From Candidatus Omnitrophica bacterium UBA6253 (GTDB lineage Bacteria; Omnitrophota; Gorgyraeia; Gygaellales; Profunditerraquicolaceae), in the NCBI GenBank assembly GCA_002441245.1, contig DJVP01000008.1:234540-298539 (forward strand): a stretch of 64,000 bases of DNA, written 5' to 3'. Position 1 is the first letter of the stretch; every line of letters begins with the position of its first letter. A model generated the notes under the pieces. That model saw nothing but the letters and a program-made list of their open reading frames with translations, ran no database searches and was not told where the DNA came from. Both the position numbers and the translations under genes were made by a program. Below, in pieces: positions 1 to 10,632 of the stretch.

Positions 1-6
1 ACCAGC

Positions 7-468
7 ATGTTATTCTGCCTGCCAAATGAAAATCTTGAAAATGCAGTTGAGAGCATATATTTTGCCAATTCATTGAAACCCTGGGGAGTCAGGGCGAGTA
101 TACTCAAAATCTTCAAAAATACAAAATTGGCAAAATCTCTATTGAAAAACGGGTCGTCCGAAGAAGTAGGGGAGTTTACTTATAAATCCAAAGACCTTTA
201 TAAAGACCACGATAAAATCAAGAATATGCTTTGGGCAGCTAACCTGTTGGTTAAATTCCCCCTGCTTTTGCCTTTTGCCAAGAAAATACTCTCTATTCCT
301 GCTAATTGTTTATCTGCACCGCTCATATTATTGAGTTATTGGACGGATGTAATTTTTCATAAAATACCTTTAACCCAGGCCTTTGGATATTTCTGGAATT
401 CCCGCAAGGTTTTTATTAAAGGAGTTGCTTCGGAACAGGAGGATGTTTACAGAAAGATTGTACCTTAA
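7..468 (+). CDS. hypothetical protein, 5' end truncated by the window edge (listed from first Met; the frame is open upstream)
   Basis: ORF track entry. There is no stop between the window start and position 7 in frame, so the gene probably begins upstream. No motif recognised. Confidence 0.35.
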   Translation: MLFCLPNENLENAVESIYFANSLKPWGVRASILKIFKNTKLAKSLLKNGSSEEVGEFTYKSKDLYKDHDKIKNMLWAANLLVKFPLLLPFAKKILSIPANCLSAPLILLSYWTDVIFHKIPLTQAFGYFWNSRKVFIKGVASEQEDVYRKIVP

Positions 469-471
469 AAT

Positions 472-1629
472 ATGATAAAAGAACTTTATTACACCCTGAA
501 GACTTTAAACAGCCGGCCAAGCGGCAGGGATTCTTCAATCCTGCGCCTTATCTGTCAAAGCCTGCCGATGTATTTTTTAAGGAATGGCTATAGTTTGCCT
601 CCTTTGAATTTATATCTCTCGGTTAATTCAAGCTGTAACTTAAAATGCAAGATGTGCGATATCGGGCAGGATGATATCAACGGCAGTTTTTATAGGAATA
701 TCGCAAAAGAAGAGAAGGCAGATTTATCTTTTGAGCTTATTAAAAAGATAATTGACGAAGTTTCCGTTTTTAAGCCGACAGTCCATGTGTGTTGTGTAGA
801 GCCGCTGCTTTATAAAGATATCGGCAGGGTGTGCAGGTATATTTCTGATAAAGGGATGAATGTTGATCTGCTCACTAACGGTCTGTTGTTAGAAAATAAG
901 ACAGAGGAAATAGTTTACGGAAGGGTGCGTAATCTATGGGTTTCCCTTGATGGCCCTCCCGATATTCATGATTCTATCCGCGGGGTTAAAGGCGCGTTTG
1001 AATTGATAAGAAAAGGGCTAGTAAAAATTAACGATCTTAAGAAATCAACGGGTTTAAGATTGCCAGTCTTAAACTGTTATTTTGTTACCTCCAACTATAA
1101 TTATTTTTGCCTTGAAGATTTTATTAAGTCAATATACGGTTTTGGTTTTAAAAGGATTCTTATCAGCCATATGAATTTTATTACCAAAGAATTAAGCGAA
1201 GAGCATAACGCAAAATTCGGGGATAAATACATATCTTATCCTGCTAATATCAGCAAGGTTGATCCTCTGGCAGTGGATACTGACGTTTTATATGAACAGG
1301 TTAAGAAAATAAAAAGGAGTTATATCCCCTTATGCAAGGGGGACATAATCTTTTCACCTTCTCTTGGCAGAAAGGGCTTAAGGGATTATTATCATAATCA
1401 CCGGATTATTGTGACCCGCACAACGTGTTTTATCCCTTGGGGGAGCGCCCAGATTAACGCTGATGGCGAAATGATTATATTCAGCAGATGCCTGCCGTTG
1501 AACTGTGGTAATATAAAAGATAAATCTTTTTTTGAGTTGTGGAATGGTGCTAAGATGAGGGAGTTCAGGAAAGATCTGCAGCGGTACCATTATTTTCCTG
1601 CCTGTTCCCGCTGTATTGGAATTTTATAA
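472..1629 (+). CDS. radical SAM enzyme with C-terminal SPASM/twitch-type auxiliary cluster domain
   Basis: CNLKCKMC matches the CX3CX2C radical SAM cluster motif. The Cys-rich C-terminus (TTCFIPWG...CLPLNCGN...CSRC) is typical of a SPASM domain. Confidence 0.8.
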   Translation: MIKELYYTLKTLNSRPSGRDSSILRLICQSLPMYFLRNGYSLPPLNLYLSVNSSCNLKCKMCDIGQDDINGSFYRNIAKEEKADLSFELIKKIIDEVSVFKPTVHVCCVEPLLYKDIGRVCRYISDKGMNVDLLTNGLLLENKTEEIVYGRVRNLWVSLDGPPDIHDSIRGVKGAFELIRKGLVKINDLKKSTGLRLPVLNCYFVTSNYNYFCLEDFIKSIYGFGFKRILISHMNFITKELSEEHNAKFGDKYISYPANISKVDPLAVDTDVLYEQVKKIKRSYIPLCKGDIIFSPSLGRKGLRDYYHNHRIIVTRTTCFIPWGSAQINADGEMIIFSRCLPLNCGNIKDKSFFELWNGAKMREFRKDLQRYHYFPACSRCIGIL

Positions 1630-1676
1630 AACAGGCAATTGGTTTATATAAAAAACATTTATTTAGGGGTAGCAGC

Positions 1677-3122
1677 ATGGGCCAAGGAATAGACATTTTA
1701 TTAATTATCCCTCATCAGCCCGGGACAGCGGATATATTGTCTGGGGCATCCGGGATTACGCCACCATTAGGCGCAGGGTATATTGCGAGCTATTTAGAGA
1801 AAAATAACTTTTCGGTTAAAATACTTGATAATAGCATAGAGAGGCTGAATGAAACAGAATTCCGGGCCTATATTAAGAAAGTTGACCCTCTTTATGCGGG
1901 CTTCAGCGTTTGTACATCTTCATATAATAATGCTGTCTATATGGCTAATATAGTTAAGGAGATAAACCGGGATATCAAAGTGATTATGGGCGGGGTGCAC
2001 GCATCAGCATTGCCAGGTGAGGTTCTCAAAAATGAGGCAGTAGATATAGTGGTTAAGGGGGAAGGAGAAGAAACAACCCTAAATTTATTACGGGCATTAA
2101 ATAAAAATGAAGATTTGAGTAAAATAAATGGTTTAGTGTTCAGGGGGGCTGACAAGTTAATTGAAACTCCGGAAAGGGAATTAATTGTTAATATAGATAA
2201 CCTGCCTTTTCCTGCTTACCATCTTTTAAATATGAATAAATATAGCCTGCCTGCCCAGAGGAGGCTTACTGATAAACCATGCGGCGCGGTAATTACCAGC
2301 AGGGGGTGTGTTTATAAATGTTTCTTTTGCAGCCATAACAGCATATTCAAGGGCAAGATAAGGTTCCGTTCAGTGCAAAATGTAATTGCCGAAATAAAAC
2401 ATTTGGTAGCAGATTATAAGATTGGGGAATTGTTGATATGGGATGACTCGTTTTTATTGGATAGGGGGCGTGCTTTAGAGTTTTGCCGGCTGATCAAGGA
2501 AGAAAAAATTGATATAATCTGGAGTTGCAGCAGCCGGGTTAACCAGATTTCCGACGATTTAGCTAAAGAGCTTTATACGGCTGGATGCAGACTGATACTT
2601 TTTGGCGCAGAGTCAGGTTCTCAGTTGATCCTTGATTCAATTAATAAAAATACCACTTTGTTAAATATAAGCGATGCAATTTCTGCCTGTAGAAAAAACA
2701 GAATACTTTCCTTTTGCAGCTTTATCTTGGGTACGCCGCAGGAAAACGAGGAGACAATAGAAGAAACCTTGAGGTTTGTTAAGAAGATTAACCCTGATTT
2801 TGCTATTTTTTGTATTTTTTCCCCTTTGCCCGGATCTGTTTTCTTTGATAGATTTATTTCTACAGGGCAGCTTGATATAAGTAAATTGAATTGGGATAAT
2901 TACATAAATTTATTATCAAATGCCCCGCCTGTTATTTCTTTGTGTCAAATTAGCGAAAAACGTTTGGTTTTGTTACAAAAAAAATGTTTCCGTAGTTTTT
3001 ATTTCCGGCCTAAATATATATTACAGAGATTAAAAAATATCCGTTCCTGGGGTAATTTTTATCAGTCCTGGAGAGGCCTGTTGGCATTAGCCAGATTGCA
3101 ATTAAATAAATTCAGATTCTAG
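1677..3122 (+). CDS. class B (B12-binding domain) radical SAM enzyme
   Basis: N-terminal Rossmann-like B12-binding region (IKVIMGGVHASALPGEVL). ITSRGCVYKCFFCSH is a CX3CX2C motif. The ~480 aa length is typical of B12-rSAM methyltransferase-like enzymes. Confidence 0.8.
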   Translation: MGQGIDILLIIPHQPGTADILSGASGITPPLGAGYIASYLEKNNFSVKILDNSIERLNETEFRAYIKKVDPLYAGFSVCTSSYNNAVYMANIVKEINRDIKVIMGGVHASALPGEVLKNEAVDIVVKGEGEETTLNLLRALNKNEDLSKINGLVFRGADKLIETPERELIVNIDNLPFPAYHLLNMNKYSLPAQRRLTDKPCGAVITSRGCVYKCFFCSHNSIFKGKIRFRSVQNVIAEIKHLVADYKIGELLIWDDSFLLDRGRALEFCRLIKEEKIDIIWSCSSRVNQISDDLAKELYTAGCRLILFGAESGSQLILDSINKNTTLLNISDAISACRKNRILSFCSFILGTPQENEETIEETLRFVKKINPDFAIFCIFSPLPGSVFFDRFISTGQLDISKLNWDNYINLLSNAPPVISLCQISEKRLVLLQKKCFRSFYFRPKYILQRLKNIRSWGNFYQSWRGLLALARLQLNKFRF

Positions 3123-3135
3123 GTTGTGAAACTAA

Positions 3136-4107
3136 ATGAAAAACAGCATTAAGAACTATGTTTCAATTACCATAGATATCGATACGCTTGGCGAAGATTT
3201 TTCTACCGGGAACTTGTCTAAAAATGACTCGGAGAAGATACGCCGCCTTGCTTATAATAAGAGCTTGCCAAGAATTTTAGATATACTTCAAGGGCTTGGA
3301 ATAAAAGCCACCTTTTTTATTATTGGAAAAGATGGGCTAATCCATAGCAATAAGAGGGTAATCCGTGATATTGCCAGCAGGGGGCATGAAATTGCTAACC
3401 ATAGCCTGGCCCATCGAAGGGATTTAGTGAAATTAAATAAAAATGAGATTATTGAGGATATTTCTCTTTCCGGGAAAATCCTTTCTGATATTACAGGGGA
3501 TAAATTGTATGGTTTCCGTATGCCCGGGTGCACTATTAACAATACAATCTTAAACGCACTGGAAGGAATGGGATATATTTACGATTCTTCCCTTAATTCA
3601 TCTATTGCGTATAATTTAGCGAAATTACTATATAAAGGATTATTTGCTAAGGGCAATATTCCAGCTCCAAGCCAGGGCATAAGTTCCCTAAGGGCTCCAG
3701 GCGAGCCATATTTCCCGGATAAAAAGAATATATTTACCAGTTCGAATAATAATAGCGGGATACTTGAGATACCCATCACATTAGTCCCATGGCTATCAAT
3801 TCCATTTATGAATTATTTGCTGCTTACCGGCGGGTATAGAATCACTGAATTATTTTATCGCCTTATAAGGAGAAAGAGAAAATTCCTGAATTTTGTTATG
3901 CATGATAGTGAGCTAGCCTGTTTTGATGATTACCAGGGGCAGCACTTGTCTTGCCGGCTTTGCGGATGGCATCTCAATAAAGATATCCGTCTCCGGGAGG
4001 GGTTTGTTAATAAAATACTTAAGATGATTAGCTTAGATTATCAGTTTATCACTCTTAAGGAGTATGCTATGATATCAAAAGGAATAAACTCTGATCCTGC
4101 ACGCTAA
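3136..4107 (+). CDS. polysaccharide deacetylase (NodB homology domain) family protein
   Basis: TFFIIGKDG and HEIANHSLAHR (H-S-x-x-H) are NodB-like motifs. Confidence 0.65.
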   Translation: MKNSIKNYVSITIDIDTLGEDFSTGNLSKNDSEKIRRLAYNKSLPRILDILQGLGIKATFFIIGKDGLIHSNKRVIRDIASRGHEIANHSLAHRRDLVKLNKNEIIEDISLSGKILSDITGDKLYGFRMPGCTINNTILNALEGMGYIYDSSLNSSIAYNLAKLLYKGLFAKGNIPAPSQGISSLRAPGEPYFPDKKNIFTSSNNNSGILEIPITLVPWLSIPFMNYLLLTGGYRITELFYRLIRRKRKFLNFVMHDSELACFDDYQGQHLSCRLCGWHLNKDIRLREGFVNKILKMISLDYQFITLKEYAMISKGINSDPAR

Positions 4108-4146
4108 AATATATTAATTAGCGGTTGGATTATCGGGGGAGGAAGC

Positions 4147-5445
4147 GTGGTCAATAGATTAATTTTTATATTGAAGAAAATAGGCATTTTATTTATTGGC
4201 TTAATTTTCGTAATTCTTTTGCTGGAGATTTGCTTAAGGTCTGCAGGCTATCTTTATTCTATGAAAAGAAGCATGTCTGCCTTGGACCGTGGAGATATTT
4301 TTGGCTCGAATAATATAGAATGGTCTGTTAAAGAAAATAGCCTAAATTCCAATGGCACAAAAACTATATTATGCTTAGGGGATTCTTTTACTTTTGGCGG
4401 TAATGTTAAAGAAAAAGATTGCTATCCATATCAGCTTATGAAATTAATACGGCTAAAGAACAAAGGTGCGGGCGTAAGGATAATAAACAAGGGCCATTGT
4501 GAATATAATTCAAACCAGGTTCTCAGGGATTTTTTAAGCAATATAAAGAAATTCACACCTAAAATAATCATCCTTTTGGTGGGGTCAAGCGACAAATTTA
4601 ACCTTATAGGCAATGAAGAACTGGATAGTAGGCTTATATATGAGCCGGATTACGAAGAGGGCAGGGGTGGCGGTGGTTTAACAGGCAAATCTGTATATTT
4701 TAATTTAAGAGATATGGTTTTAGAGTCGAGGGTATATAAAATAGCTAAAATTATAAAATTAAATTTAATCTATAGGAAATTATCTTGGGAGATCAAGGAG
4801 AATGGGGAGGCGTTATCTTCTATACATAGTCCAAAAATAAGGAATGAAAACTTTAAGAGCGTTTGTGCTGACCTGGAGAGATATTATTATCAGAAAAACT
4901 ACGAAAAAGTTATGGAATTGGCTCTGGAGTCTATCAGGAACTGGCCTCTTGAACCGGAATATTATATCCGCGGGATTGGTAGTTTTTATGCTTTGGCATG
5001 GGCATATGATTTCCAGGGGAAATATGATAGCCAGTATGTGATTGATAGTTTTGATAATATGACTTTAAGCCGGCCGGAGCTTAAACAAAACAAAGTATTT
5101 CTAAAATACTACAAAAGGTTCAAAGACCTGCAGGAATCCGATGAATACTTAATTGAAAAACTAAAAAGTAACCTGGAAAAAATGATTAAGATATGCAAGG
5201 CAATGGATATTGATATAATAATCCAGAATTACCCGTCTTCTTACGTTATAGTCAATAATATACTGCGGGAAGCTGCGGCAAGGAATAACCTGTTATTTAT
5301 CGACAATTATGCAATTTTTAATGAATTGATGATAAAGAATGGGAGAAATGTATATTTGATAGGGGATGATCATTGTACACCCGCCGGCTATAGAGTAATG
5401 GCTGAGAACATATATAATGCCGCAAAAGAACTGATTAATCGTTAG
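4147..5445 (+). CDS. membrane-anchored SGNH/GDSL-family hydrolase
   Basis: N-terminal TM helix. ILCLGDSFTFGG is a GDSL block I motif. A DH pair near the C-terminus (GDDHCTP) is the block V catalytic Asp-His candidate. Confidence 0.55.
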   Translation: MVNRLIFILKKIGILFIGLIFVILLLEICLRSAGYLYSMKRSMSALDRGDIFGSNNIEWSVKENSLNSNGTKTILCLGDSFTFGGNVKEKDCYPYQLMKLIRLKNKGAGVRIINKGHCEYNSNQVLRDFLSNIKKFTPKIIILLVGSSDKFNLIGNEELDSRLIYEPDYEEGRGGGGLTGKSVYFNLRDMVLESRVYKIAKIIKLNLIYRKLSWEIKENGEALSSIHSPKIRNENFKSVCADLERYYYQKNYEKVMELALESIRNWPLEPEYYIRGIGSFYALAWAYDFQGKYDSQYVIDSFDNMTLSRPELKQNKVFLKYYKRFKDLQESDEYLIEKLKSNLEKMIKICKAMDIDIIIQNYPSSYVIVNNILREAAARNNLLFIDNYAIFNELMIKNGRNVYLIGDDHCTPAGYRVMAENIYNAAKELINR

Positions 5446-5487
5446 GCATCTGTGGGTTAAGAGATCTAGTAGTTTAAGGCAGGGGGA

Positions 5488-5670
5488 ATGATTATGGGTA
5501 AGACGCGTTTTAAATCAAATAAAGATTTATTAATGTTATTATTTGTTTTGATCAAGAACAACAAAAAATGGTTTTTATTGCCCATTCTTTTCGTTCTCGC
5601 TGTGCTTAGCTTATTTGTTAATCTCACCGGTAATCAATCTGTATTACCAGCAATTTATGCTTTGTTTTGA
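5488..5670 (+). CDS. DUF5989-like small membrane protein
   Basis: 60 aa, basic N-terminus, and a single TM ending ...KKWFLLPILFVLAVLSLFVNLTGNQSVLPAIYALF. This resembles the conserved DUF5989 pattern (KKxWLLPIIxxLLLLG...APFIYTLF). It overlaps the next gene start by 4 nt. Confidence 0.5.
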   Translation: MIMGKTRFKSNKDLLMLLFVLIKNNKKWFLLPILFVLAVLSLFVNLTGNQSVLPAIYALF

Positions 5671-7133
5671 TGAAAAAGAAAATCTTATTAATTAGGACTC
5701 ATAAGCATCTGAATGCTGGCGGACCAATACCGCCCATTGGCCTGCTATACATAGCTACGGCTATCCTAAAGAATTTTGCTGATACATATGAAGTAAAAAT
5801 TATTAATTTGGGTCTGAATAATTTTACCGTAGATGATATTATATGCCAGATTAAATCTTATGATCCTTATATTCTAGGAATGAGTGTTTTAACTTGCGAA
5901 GCTGACATTATGCAGGAAATAGCTCAGCAAGCAAAGGCAATTAAAAAAGAAATTATTGTTTTAGTGGGCGGTCCCCATGCTAGCTTAGTGAAGGAAGGCA
6001 TATTGCATGACAATAATATTGATTATGGAGTGATTGGCGAAGGCGAAAATACGATAATTGAGTTGTTGCGCGGGTTAGAAAATAAGAAGGATATATCAAG
6101 CATAAAAGGTATTGTCTGCCGCAATAATAATAGTATTTCTTGTACGCAAAGGGCAGAATATGTCGCTGATTTGGATAGCCTGGATATTCTACCCGATGCC
6201 TGGGGGTTAATTGATTTAAAAGAATATGCCAGATGCGCTAATTGGAACGGGGCAGGAAAGGAAAAGCTTTACGCTCCCGTATTAACTTCTAGGGGCTGTC
6301 CGTTTAATTGCGCATTTTGTAATAGTAGAAATATTTTTGGCAGGGGTTTTAGGACTCGTTCGCCGGAAAACGTATTTTCAGAGATGTTGTTTCTGTATAG
6401 AAAATACGGGATTAAAGAAATTCATATCATTGATGATGTATTTAATTTTAACAGCGAGAGGGTAAACCGGATTTGTTCATTGATTATAAATTCCGGGATA
6501 GATTTCAGCCTGGCATTTCCTAATGGCTTAAGGATTGATATGATGACGGAGGAAATGATCTCTAGTTTAAAGAGGGCGGGAACTTACAAGATAAATTATG
6601 GGATTGAAACTGCTGAAGCAGGCATGCAGCAAATTATAAATAAGGAGCTCAATCTTACCTACGCAAATGACATAATTAATAAAACCATGGACGCGGGAAT
6701 AATTACCGCCGGTTACTTCATTTTGGGTTTTCCCAATGAAAGTTGCGAAAACATGATGAAAACAGTCAAATTTGCTTTGGGGTCAAATTTAGATAATGCC
6801 TATTTCTTTAAATACACCAATTTTCTGGATAGCGGACTTGACGATAAAAAAGGAAAGGATGAAGAAAAAATAAGCCATGGCCATAATGATCTGCATTTCT
6901 ATTCTTTAGCTCGGCCAGGCGTCAATATGCCGGCGGCAAAATTAAACAACATTATATTAAAGGCCCAGCAGGATTTTTATTTGAATCCCAGGAGGATCTT
7001 GCGTGGGATTTTAAGGGCTAAGCACAAGCTGGTGTATCTAAGAAACCTTTTGAATGCTTTTTCCCGGATCTTACAATCATATTTGTTTAGAGAGTTAATA
7101 TTTAATAATAAATTAGATACTGGACAATCTTAA
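5667..7133 (+). CDS. class B (B12-binding domain) radical SAM enzyme
   Basis: VLVGGPHASL in the B12-binding domain. LTSRGCPFNCAFCNS is a CX3CX2C motif. Confidence 0.8.
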   Translation: MMKKKILLIRTHKHLNAGGPIPPIGLLYIATAILKNFADTYEVKIINLGLNNFTVDDIICQIKSYDPYILGMSVLTCEADIMQEIAQQAKAIKKEIIVLVGGPHASLVKEGILHDNNIDYGVIGEGENTIIELLRGLENKKDISSIKGIVCRNNNSISCTQRAEYVADLDSLDILPDAWGLIDLKEYARCANWNGAGKEKLYAPVLTSRGCPFNCAFCNSRNIFGRGFRTRSPENVFSEMLFLYRKYGIKEIHIIDDVFNFNSERVNRICSLIINSGIDFSLAFPNGLRIDMMTEEMISSLKRAGTYKINYGIETAEAGMQQIINKELNLTYANDIINKTMDAGIITAGYFILGFPNESCENMMKTVKFALGSNLDNAYFFKYTNFLDSGLDDKKGKDEEKISHGHNDLHFYSLARPGVNMPAAKLNNIILKAQQDFYLNPRRILRGILRAKHKLVYLRNLLNAFSRILQSYLFRELIFNNKLDTGQS

Positions 7134-7137
7134 AGGT

Positions 7138-8574
7138 ATGGGCAGGCAGATAAAAACCCTCTTAATCAATCCTCCGTTTACTACTGAGTCTATATATGGA
7201 AAATTTGCAGGCGCTGGCGCCGACCACGCGCCTTTGTCCTTAGGATATATTGCTGCGTATCTTTTAAAACATGGCAAGGACGTAAAAATTATTGATGCGG
7301 CAAAATTAAAACTGGATATCTCCGGGATATCCAAGATGATCTCTGCTTATTCCCCTGATATCGTTGGTCTGCATACATGCACCCCGAATATTAATACGGT
7401 CAAGCTTTTAGCTTCAGAGATAAAAGATTTATCATCGGATATTCTGGTAATTGCGGGGGGTCCGCATTTTTTATATAATCCGGCTGAAGAAGTCAAAAAT
7501 TCAAAACTGGATATTATCGTTATCGGTGAAGGAGAAGGAACCTGTCTAGAAATAGTTGAGGGCCTGGAGCAAGGTAATTTAGGCCAGTTTATTTCGGAGA
7601 GATCCCCGTGGATAAGGGGGATTGTCTATAAAGATAATAATACCGTAAAGATAAATCCACCGCGAGACCCAATCGTGGATATTGATTCTATTCCCTTTCC
7701 GGCTAGACATCTGCTGCCGCCTTTACATACCTATAGATCTACAATTGCTACTTTCAAGCGCCTGCCTTCTACTATAGTTTTAACATCGCGGGGATGCCCT
7801 TTTAGTTGTATATATTGCCACAATTCGGCACAAAGAATAAAATTTCGCATGCATAGCATAGGTTATGTTATGGAAGAAGTCGATGAATTAATTAATAAGT
7901 ATAAAATCAGGGATATCACGTTTGTCGATGATATTTTTACTGTAGACAGGGGCAGGACTTTTGCGATTTGTAAGGAACTGGCAAAAAGAAAGGACAGATT
8001 GTGTTGGGTCTGTAATATAAAAGTTGGCTTAGTAGATAAAGAAATGCTCAAGGTTTTAAAAGATTCTGGCTGTTGGCTGGTGATGTTCGGGGTGGATAGC
8101 GGCAATCAGGGGATTATTGATACAATGGAAAGAAAGTTTGCCTTGGAAGAAGCAGAGCAGGTGTGTGATTGGTGCAGAGATATTGGTCTGATGATTCATC
8201 CGAACTTTATTATAGGCAATCCAGGGGAAACAGTAGAAGCTATTAATGAGAGTATAAATTTTGCCAGGAAGATATATTGTCATTATCCAGTTTTCATGAC
8301 CATGGTTCCCTATCCGGGGACAAAATTGTGGGACAATCTGCATAGATATGGTAGATTGGCTACTGATAACTTTGACAGTTTTACCTTTGGAAGCGAAAAG
8401 CCTTGTTTTATCCCCTATGGGCTGACGGAAGGCTTAATAATAAAAAAAAGAAAAGAAGCTTACCTGAAATGCTACCTTAATTTTCCTATGGTGTTAAGGC
8501 ATATATGTTCAATAAAATCATTCGAAGATATCAGGCGTCTTTTAAGAGCTTTTAGGGTTTTGATAGGTATATAG
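7138..8574 (+). CDS. class B (B12-binding domain) radical SAM enzyme
   Basis: VIAGGPHF in the B12-binding domain. LTSRGCPFSCIYCHNS is a CX3CX2C motif. Confidence 0.8.
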   Translation: MGRQIKTLLINPPFTTESIYGKFAGAGADHAPLSLGYIAAYLLKHGKDVKIIDAAKLKLDISGISKMISAYSPDIVGLHTCTPNINTVKLLASEIKDLSSDILVIAGGPHFLYNPAEEVKNSKLDIIVIGEGEGTCLEIVEGLEQGNLGQFISERSPWIRGIVYKDNNTVKINPPRDPIVDIDSIPFPARHLLPPLHTYRSTIATFKRLPSTIVLTSRGCPFSCIYCHNSAQRIKFRMHSIGYVMEEVDELINKYKIRDITFVDDIFTVDRGRTFAICKELAKRKDRLCWVCNIKVGLVDKEMLKVLKDSGCWLVMFGVDSGNQGIIDTMERKFALEEAEQVCDWCRDIGLMIHPNFIIGNPGETVEAINESINFARKIYCHYPVFMTMVPYPGTKLWDNLHRYGRLATDNFDSFTFGSEKPCFIPYGLTEGLIIKKRKEAYLKCYLNFPMVLRHICSIKSFEDIRRLLRAFRVLIGI

Positions 8575-8598
8575 CCATAATTTTACACCTTTTATAAA

Positions 8599-9768
8599 AT
8601 GCGAATTAATAAATCTACGATTATTGTTTTATTATTTATAATTGCCATGGAAATTACAGCTTATTTAATATTGCCAAATAACAAGCTGGGCACATTAGAC
8701 GCTATTCTACAGGTTGTTGAGGAAGATCAAGTCCTTTTCTGGAGACAAAGGCCGCATTTAAACATAAAGTTTCAAGGGGTAAATGTCTCTACTAATTCAT
8801 TGGGATTCAGGGGCGAGGGTATCTCTGCCGGCAAGAGTAAACAGTCTTACCGTATAATATGCCTTGGCGCTTCTCCGACATTTGGTTGGGGTGTTAATTT
8901 TCAAAATACATATCCGTTTCTTGTTGAACAAAAACTTAAAGAAATATTTCCAGCTAAGGATATCGAAGTTATTAATGCTGGGCAGATTGGCTATAGTTCA
9001 TATCAAGGCAACATTCTGTTAGAGGAATATTTATTAGGGTTTTCCCCGGATTTGATTACAGTTTCTTATGTTTTAAACGATATTGACAGGTATAGATTTT
9101 ACGGCAATAAAGGAGTCAGCGATAAAGAATTAATTTTAAATAATCCTTTTGAGATAGCAATAAACAACACTATCCCCAACATCAGATCCCTTGTCTTTAT
9201 GAAAAAGATTATTTCTAAATTCATAGACAATAATGAAAAATTGGGCGCCAGTATATTTAAAAAACAATATAATTTAGCTAGGGTCCGTGTATCCAGGGAT
9301 GACTATAGGGAGAATCTTGTTAAAATAATAAATATAGCCAGGGCCAATAATATTAAACTCATTTTTATTAAAATGCCCATCAATCTTTCGCTGCCTCATT
9401 TAACAGATAGCGAAAATGACATCTTGAAAGACGGAAAAATCATTAGCGCCTTTTATTACGACCAGGCAGTTAAATATGAGAAAATGCATGATTATCATGA
9501 AGCGCTAATTCTTTTTAAGAAAGCAAAAGATTATCAAGTAATTGAATGTGCCCAAGACGGAGCAGGTTATCATAAGATTATGGAGGAAGTATCCTGCGAA
9601 TATAGCGTCCCTTTGATAGACGCTGATAGAATTTTTAGAGTGGAAGGCAAAGACAAGAACTTATTTAATCTGCCATATGATCCAGTGCATCCTAACCCCG
9701 AAGGCCATAAGATTATATCTGAGGCTTTATATAATGAGATTACGTCTTTAGCTGATTTAAGAAAATAA
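8599..9768 (+). CDS. membrane-anchored SGNH-like hydrolase/esterase (possibly an O-acyl-modifying enzyme)
   Basis: N-terminal TM helix. IICLGASPTFGWG resembles SGNH block I with Ser in a GAS context. A DPVHPNPEGH block near the C-terminus resembles block V (DxxH). Confidence 0.45.
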   Translation: MRINKSTIIVLLFIIAMEITAYLILPNNKLGTLDAILQVVEEDQVLFWRQRPHLNIKFQGVNVSTNSLGFRGEGISAGKSKQSYRIICLGASPTFGWGVNFQNTYPFLVEQKLKEIFPAKDIEVINAGQIGYSSYQGNILLEEYLLGFSPDLITVSYVLNDIDRYRFYGNKGVSDKELILNNPFEIAINNTIPNIRSLVFMKKIISKFIDNNEKLGASIFKKQYNLARVRVSRDDYRENLVKIINIARANNIKLIFIKMPINLSLPHLTDSENDILKDGKIISAFYYDQAVKYEKMHDYHEALILFKKAKDYQVIECAQDGAGYHKIMEEVSCEYSVPLIDADRIFRVEGKDKNLFNLPYDPVHPNPEGHKIISEALYNEITSLADLRK

Positions 9769-9860
9769 AACATGTTAACTCTGTAAATAAAAGCAGGAAT
9801 TTATAAAAGAGATTCCAATTTAACGATAAGCGTGCAATTAAGCATTTATTATTTTAAAAT

Positions 9861-10565
9861 ATGAAGTTAAGCATAATTTGCCCCGCCTGCAATGAAAAAG
9901 GCAATTTAAAAGAGCTAATTGAACGGGTTTTTTCTTCGTTGCCTGATTTATTTAAGAATAACAATGCTGAATTAATTTTTGTTGATGATGGCAGCAATGA
10001 TGGCAGCAGGGAATTGTTAGAGAACTTATTAAAGAAAAATAGCAGTATCAAGTTGTTAATTCATGATGAACGAAGAGGCCAGGCAGCAGCTTTAAGCTCG
10101 GGTTTTCTGTCGGCTGCCGGAGATATAATTATTACTATGGATGCGGATTTACAGGTTTTTCCGGAAGATTTACCCCTTTTTCTAAATAAGATGGATGAAG
10201 GATTTGATTTTGTCAATGGGGCAAGAATAGCAAGGCAGGATGGGGTGATTTTAAAATTATCTTCTAGGTTCCTTAGTTTTTTAATAAGTACTATTTTAAA
10301 TATCAAGATAAAGGATGCGGCTAGTAATTTTACTGCAGTCAAGAGGAGATTTGTCAAGAACCTGCGACTATTAGCTAACGACCATCGTTATATTATCCTT
10401 ATTGTTAAGAGCCGCGGGGCAACCAGGATTACGGAAATAAAAGTACGCCATGCTATGAGGCAGAAAGGAAGATCTAAATATAAACTGTCAAAGGTTATAT
10501 CTGCTATACCTGAACTGTTCTCGTTTTATTCAAGATTTAAGAAAGGTTATTACTGTGTAAATTAG
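9861..10565 (+). CDS. GT2 family glycosyltransferase, polyprenyl-phosphate sugar synthase-like (DPM1/ArnC/GtrB-type)
   Basis: LSIICPACNE, FVDDGSNDGS and ITMDADLQ form a GT-A DXD-type signature. The ~230 aa size is typical of polyprenol-P glycosyltransferases. Confidence 0.75.
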   Translation: MKLSIICPACNEKGNLKELIERVFSSLPDLFKNNNAELIFVDDGSNDGSRELLENLLKKNSSIKLLIHDERRGQAAALSSGFLSAAGDIIITMDADLQVFPEDLPLFLNKMDEGFDFVNGARIARQDGVILKLSSRFLSFLISTILNIKIKDAASNFTAVKRRFVKNLRLLANDHRYIILIVKSRGATRITEIKVRHAMRQKGRSKYKLSKVISAIPELFSFYSRFKKGYYCVN

Positions 10566-10632
10566 GGGCCATAATAATCAAAGGCGTGGCCTGGACGGTA
10601 CTTTAATAAAAATTTAAGAGGATAAAAGGAAA